From: an uncultured virus (IMG/VR IMGVR_UViG_3300035682_000007)
Lineage: Duplodnaviria; Heunggongvirae; Uroviricota; Caudoviricetes
DNA: 64,000 bases
Strand: one strand, 5' to 3'
IMG/VR virus record: IMGVR_UViG_3300035682_000007
Part shown: in pieces, positions 60,901-64,000 of the stretch
Layout of the letters: every line of letters starts with the position of its first letter
Position numbering within the stretch: the stretch's first letter is position 1
Notes under the pieces: model-generated
Told to the model about the DNA's origin: nothing
Database searches by the model: none
Seen by the model: the letters and a program-made list of their open reading frames with translations, nothing else
Translations under genes and position numbers: made by a program

Positions 60901-61256
60901 AAGTCAATATCAATACTAGTAATACCTAAACTCTCACCAGCATTATTTGTTGCATTATCATCAAATATTGTTGTTAAATCAGTATAATTTGTTGTAAGTA
61001 CTTTTTTACCATTAACGTTACTACCATCAATGAAATTAATACTTATATCCCCTTGAGTATTAAATGTACCAGTAGTATTATTAGTAGCAGTTAAAATGGT
61101 TCTACCTTTTTTATATGTACTTAAAATAACTGAAATTGTTAAATCTTCATTATTTACTGGTATATTACTAAATGAATCATTACTATGTATTTTATTTGGG
61201 TCAATTATTTTTAATCTCCCACTTTTGCAACTTATTTTATCTTCACTATTCGCCAT
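54942..61256 (-). CDS. giant baseplate-hub-like protein with M15 (VanY-like) peptidase and tail lysozyme domains
   Basis: GITSIDI...ITINFIDVRG and VEMMGNAMIQP....L hub-like ends; TSAFRS...SYHQYGIAID...EYWHYEY; AAIMGNIYQES...GLVQW...R. Confidence 0.8.
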   Translation of the reverse strand: MANSEDKISCKSGRLKIIDPNKIHSNDSFSNIPVNNEDLTISVILSTYKKGRTILTATNNTTGTFNTQGDISINFIDGSNVNGKKVLTTNYTDLTTIFDDNATNNAGESLGITSIDIDFNSQQAPLITINFIDVRGSAIFQNEANITGGKNKYSTFFQLPYPLFRLTIKGYYGLPVEYCLHMTKFNSKFNSQTGNFEITANFIGFTYAMMSDMLIGYLKAIPFTTIGGQKYQDINNVRNLDGLGKIMTLTDLMIAISNINGDVKKLAADDVNAIEITNTKDKISKLNDIKDAITGLGSQLDIRQTNLPLNFNYIIKPSVHETKANTYIADYKTNIDKLLTDFNTNSNIQINTTFFDISYGSYSYLGETTVDGLNEIIKNTQNSSSTVGYQIIEYIHNVDNNLTGVMTDTTKFESWNLTYAFAEINRIRPLLEESQKIAEKNLGEAVRKNIKTKLGLDPTIRNIIEIFTTAVEVFMESIYQVSSEAEQDSSGLRNIQINKKFQNQKSVDIKNVKDTDKHILSWPGYREAKTVDNKESYVEKYLGSLKPTPILEKPSDVNEIAFIEDLLNGFIKAEQQTENAINITNQAENSWFPVNPADSKLFVPTTPYARIGKNGFSSEKEIVNLMLIRAMTFLGYNDLLDITEIQEMAEIDTMTMINTIEDTNIKHTIFNNYKTPDNFFQLRGDAITKNQSPDGKFFIDDKYKYDYIGYAPPTNQVEGQIILPISDGFSGIWDYNTQDEKHYVNSGTDTIFLSNYKNSVEKKTLKMDNGETFIYYSNNYKNTDDGAIYLKEIKSSEFNNTPNLDTSVKPANVKIDDNYIILEKIKKILTTPKQVIDANFNPFGGIHGMQEFVNMDWGDDTLKDLKLRNLFYKEESLIGLALIKGSTTSYDLINFNKGLSPYYDYGGITLNWWDPTKIRDKAFQNKFDKIGSNWSIMANLDLKTTSYPFVDATYSDAIYNIDESPLYIGKSNFNYSLFGSRFYYAQSTSDFPLYSKALLFLSTLPWNGMPFEKPEIKQLFNIRNGFIHVPRLWAAYVGGLIWRRDAGDVKLDSDGLINDANSGAGASDPLKFAKGDKNKNVVDIYHPYRRGYLGINDYQKPLINKDISKMLVYATSIDDYTDLPYVLFALPYNVRNVFKNIFFNFVHKNSTIQGDNSESDLDFNTLNDMLQIVSDGKLETFDKKWGEIQKHIEDENEAQEIDGINYIKTTSITGNLHNVDKYQWMVPLIGDENFKNSDGKDFGQINLMLNGYANDLTSPVGMIVAMMNEEVILANTGFQIWKDPVISKEQYAPVKTNKTNFDAYFNTAIKIINDKWFTNAINADIAKAEIEIFGTSDTDAIKFQLYKTCKNINDKWLAGVDNANNIIFQCGGVTNTVDTGLQKKYRPNDTKTRLIDSFRFVDRAFNDIGKLFYMNPVPVNDYLMNTPNTSIFDAISQLLASNHFTFIPLPTFINYNDPDTLASMFDTYPNYNEIKNAVCGPSFVSVYAGESSKHLDFSESEYPNDGVDFQCVGPSGKDILDVPSDFVGSSNDYENDVAVFSVNYSQQNQNIFKDITLDQSEFGETDESLKITDSITHTASENNISLGGQNIYSVYSVRSYKAEVEMMGNAMIQPMMHFQLNNIPMFHGAYLITRVKHSIKPNHMLTTFNGVRVRYPKTELLSGSDFYMGMLDSMELSANASNATGTVGSKSVPPIIGTIDENGGIPSNIEAGYITMTAIPAIPGIRSQISSSTSKNRLISEAIKPLEEMLKAWVDWMKNEAGFSGFKYPNDNNTYYAQITSAFRSPEDQANSGANKAPGVSYHQYGIAIDFKMADKKGNLIPTEQNLKWFKIANNPALEWLLANSWKYGFASPFGIRDGKGKYNEYWHYEYHGTAAKCIMETNPLTVGGYKTTILPRQTQKIDIVKNPKGKDGKPAIYNGCKYVFTKNDQGTVDNGEQIETKLIYEELKKQLGYGDVAIAAIMGNIYQESKFKPTALNSDGGDYGLVQWVNERKTNLLNWLKTNNLDKTSYKDQIQYLKYELNGSWKYTGKNLASNTDIANATKIFYITYESGSLGMSSFTSEQVEKRLTQMNKIDNTYNKRVTYATDISNMIKTKKWYFPKEI

Positions 61257-61566
61257 ATAATTGTTTATGTGTTGTTACTCCTGTTGTATATCTACTTAAT
61301 GCACTATCATAAGGAAATGGTATCCTTATAATGGTAGAATCAGGTATGTTAAATTCTAACCCACCGAATTCTGGATTAGCTAACATAATTAACCACCCAC
61401 TATAAGGGTTATTATAATACGTATTACTTAATTTGTCAAGTCTACTGCTAATTTCTTTATACACAACGTATTTATCTGCAGGGTCTACAGGTATAGTAAT
61501 ACCTGGTATTGGTTTAATTTCAGAATTAATTCTGAATTTGTTATATCTATCAAAGTAATTTGCCAT
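61246..61566 (-). CDS. LysM-like baseplate protein (gp53/gpX-like)
   Basis: RLDKLSNTYYNNP..GWLIMLANP.....I...IRIP. Confidence 0.8.
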   Translation of the reverse strand: MANYFDRYNKFRINSEIKPIPGITIPVDPADKYVVYKEISSRLDKLSNTYYNNPYSGWLIMLANPEFGGLEFNIPDSTIIRIPFPYDSALSRYTTGVTTHKQLYGE

Positions 61567-61578
61567 AATTTATTTTTT

Positions 61579-64000
61579 TTAAAGTCCGAATGATTCGCCA
61601 AAACCTACGTTATTTTTTATACCTGTTTCCCATTGAATTGATAATGATGAATTAGGTAATTTTATTGCTTTAGCAACTATTTCATTTTGTGTATCATCTA
61701 AATCTAAAACAACACTCCAATTTAGAGCACTATTCATATCTTGTAAAACTATAATTTCTTCACCAACTACAGCTCCAAATACTACACCATTATCAACTCC
61801 ATTTGAACGAACCGATATATAACCTAGATTAGTCATTATTTTATTATCTTCATTTTTAACATAAATTTGACCTTTATATGTTTTAACCGCACTAGCATCT
61901 AAATTAAATGTTTTTATTACACTATTTGGAGAAAAATTAAATACTAAACTTAAAATAGGGTTATCAAAAGTATAAGTTCCAAAACCTACAAAACCTATTC
62001 TACTAATAACTGCTTTATCATCAATGGTACCTGCAGATACAGTTAAAGGTGTTGTTGTTTCTTGTGGTGAATTAAGTATTTCAAGTTCTTGTGCTAATTG
62101 CTCATCGATATTTGGTGGGTTTAAATCTAAATTAGTAAGAGTTTTTTCTTCACTCCTATTAATATAACATGGGTCGCCATCATTAAGATAATATCCAGAT
62201 AAACTATCTGCATTAGCATAGGGTTTATCTTTAGAAATATAATCAGCTCTAGCGTCATAAACTTGTGTATTTGCAAAATAATTAAACGATAATGCATTTT
62301 GAAGTTTATTAATTGGTCCCATAAGGCTTGACCCTCCAAGAAATTTAAATGATATATTAACATTTGCAATCATTGGTTGAACTCCGATTCCTTCTGGGTT
62401 TAAATCCCAAACCAATGGTTCATAATCAATATTAACACTATCCATAACAATTTTAGTGTTATAGAAATCACCTATTCTAAGAATACATACAGGTGGTCTA
62501 CCAAAAGCTAAATTATTAGGCCCTTGGGCTTCATATGTTGGTCCTTGTCTTGTACATTGCAACAAAAAGTTAAGTCTAGAATTAAGACCTTCAGGTGTTG
62601 TTGAATGGAAAGCTGGGTGAAAATATCTTATCTTTTCTCTAAATGAATCAAACACTAAAGGGTCAATATCAGTTAATTGGTCAAAATATAATGTTTCATT
62701 ATAAAATCTATCCGTTATTTTAGTATTAAATGTTTTTTTCCCAACTTCTGTAACAATATCTGGTAAAGGTATAGATTCTGCTACTAATTCATTAGAAAAT
62801 TTAAATGTTACTTCAGCACGTCTATCTACTTTACAAGGTTTTTTATCAATAGCAATTTCATCACCTGGTTTACAGTCTGGATTATTTGGTACTTCACCTT
62901 TAAGTCTTTTAAATCTAGCATCTCTTTCATTTTCTGGTAAAAATTTAAATAAATATTTTTTTAATTCAGTAACTAATACTTCTGCCCTACCAACTACTAA
63001 ATCTTTGTTTGATTTAACAATACCTTGTTGACTAGCAAAACCTTTTACTTCACAAATACAATTTGGACATTTTTCTTTTAAATGTTTTTCAACTTCAACT
63101 AATAAAGTACTTCTATCTTGCCAACCCCAATATTCAACACCATTAAATTTAATAGGTGTTGCATGATAACTATGACCATTTAAACCATAATTTGTGTTAT
63201 CATTCCAACCTGTTTTTTGATGTATTCCTGGTGTAAAACGAGCTGGGTAATTATCAATACCATATCCTTGACCTTCTGGATTTACTGAATAATCTATTCT
63301 TTCAGTAATGCTAGTACCACTCAAACCATTTTCATATTTTTCAGGTAAAGTAATATTATCATTAGGAAAATAAACTTTTAAATTTATATCTGGTTTTGGT
63401 TCATTTTTTGGTGTAATTTTTTGAGGTGTTCTTATTTCAAGTTTTTCATAACTAGTTTTTTCTGTTGATGTTAATAAATTGCTATCTGGTGGAATACAAC
63501 CAGCCCAAAATGAATTTACATAATGGTCATCTACCTTATTTTTTCCAGTTCTAAATGAATTAGCATAACTAGGGTGGTCTACAACTACCTTAAATGATAA
63601 ATTACCACTTCTTTCTGTATTATTATATGTATATACTGGTTCACCTCTACCAATAAAATTAGTAGACTCCCAACTAACATTATTACTTTCACTAAAATTT
63701 ATATCATATGGTGGAAACCACATAATTCTTCCTTTTTTATTATTAATTAAATCACCAGAACCAATTTCAGCTAATGGTAAATCACCAATATTATCAGCCC
63801 ATGCTAAGTTTTCAATTGAAAACATGTATCTTTTAGGGTCAGTAGTATCACCTTCAGTATAATCTTTAGTGAAAGGTGTTATTTGTGGATTACCATATTT
63901 ATCTAATATAGAACCAATACTCTTACCTTTTGTATGTCTATAATTTACTTTATCATTTCCATAAATACCATTTATACTTTCACCATCACCACTACCATGT
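61579..64000 (-). CDS. tail tube-initiator-like protein with OmpA-like insert; starts upstream of the window
   Basis: Frame is open from the window end. FSE...W....IGRGEPVYTY...R...LSF and PP...LRIGD tube-like motifs; VYF...GFAS...N..L...RA...RR OmpA-like motif. Confidence 0.65.
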   Translation of the reverse strand, partial: HGSGDGESINGIYGNDKVNYRHTKGKSIGSILDKYGNPQITPFTKDYTEGDTTDPKRYMFSIENLAWADNIGDLPLAEIGSGDLINNKKGRIMWFPPYDINFSESNNVSWESTNFIGRGEPVYTYNNTERSGNLSFKVVVDHPSYANSFRTGKNKVDDHYVNSFWAGCIPPDSNLLTSTEKTSYEKLEIRTPQKITPKNEPKPDINLKVYFPNDNITLPEKYENGLSGTSITERIDYSVNPEGQGYGIDNYPARFTPGIHQKTGWNDNTNYGLNGHSYHATPIKFNGVEYWGWQDRSTLLVEVEKHLKEKCPNCICEVKGFASQQGIVKSNKDLVVGRAEVLVTELKKYLFKFLPENERDARFKRLKGEVPNNPDCKPGDEIAIDKKPCKVDRRAEVTFKFSNELVAESIPLPDIVTEVGKKTFNTKITDRFYNETLYFDQLTDIDPLVFDSFREKIRYFHPAFHSTTPEGLNSRLNFLLQCTRQGPTYEAQGPNNLAFGRPPVCILRIGDFYNTKIVMDSVNIDYEPLVWDLNPEGIGVQPMIANVNISFKFLGGSSLMGPINKLQNALSFNYFANTQVYDARADYISKDKPYANADSLSGYYLNDGDPCYINRSEEKTLTNLDLNPPNIDEQLAQELEILNSPQETTTPLTVSAGTIDDKAVISRIGFVGFGTYTFDNPILSLVFNFSPNSVIKTFNLDASAVKTYKGQIYVKNEDNKIMTNLGYISVRSNGVDNGVVFGAVVGEEIIVLQDMNSALNWSVVLDLDDTQNEIVAKAIKLPNSSLSIQWETGIKNNVGFGESFGL

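Noticed and set aside
721..62369. Short alternative-frame and antisense ORFs in the track (e.g. 721-996, 1388-1702, 16172-16375, 46356-46703, 62127-62369)
   Set aside because: Shadows of longer genes with recognisable motifs; no independent signals
1..64000. Stop-codon reassignment, tRNA or rRNA genes
   Set aside because: Standard code gives dense full-length genes, and the breaks are explained by inserts; no cloverleaf or rRNA-like segment seen in the short intergenic gaps

Overview
Very AT-rich fragment of a large, probably jumbo, myovirus-like phage with T4-like replication and baseplate genes. The host is most likely Bacteroidota, based on TAnnTTTG promoters, A-rich leaders without Shine-Dalgarno motifs and SprB-like repeats. 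Core genes all lie on the minus strand in alternating modules. 1-8.6 kb is recombination/replication (SbcC, split SbcD, Dda-like helicase, exonuclease, primase, RuvC-like resolvase). 9.3-41.4 kb is tail/baseplate/fibre. 41.5-54.9 kb is nucleotide metabolism/replication (NrdA, NrdB, helicase, FEN, RecA-like, SSB). 54.9-64 kb is a tail hub/lysin module. Mobile endonucleases are abundant: six free-standing genes, a class 3 LAGLIDADG intein and a naturally split intein in nrdA. Main points of interest: (1) sbcD is fractured by an endonuclease gene with no intein or intron, and the halves carry complementary acidic and basic terminal tags; (2) three unrelated endonuclease genes share one control switch, an ATATTTAT motif overlapping a hairpin that traps the start codon; (3) one endonuclease cassette appears to have supplied a replacement 3' end for the gene it invaded. 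All family assignments come from motif recognition by eye; no database searches were run.
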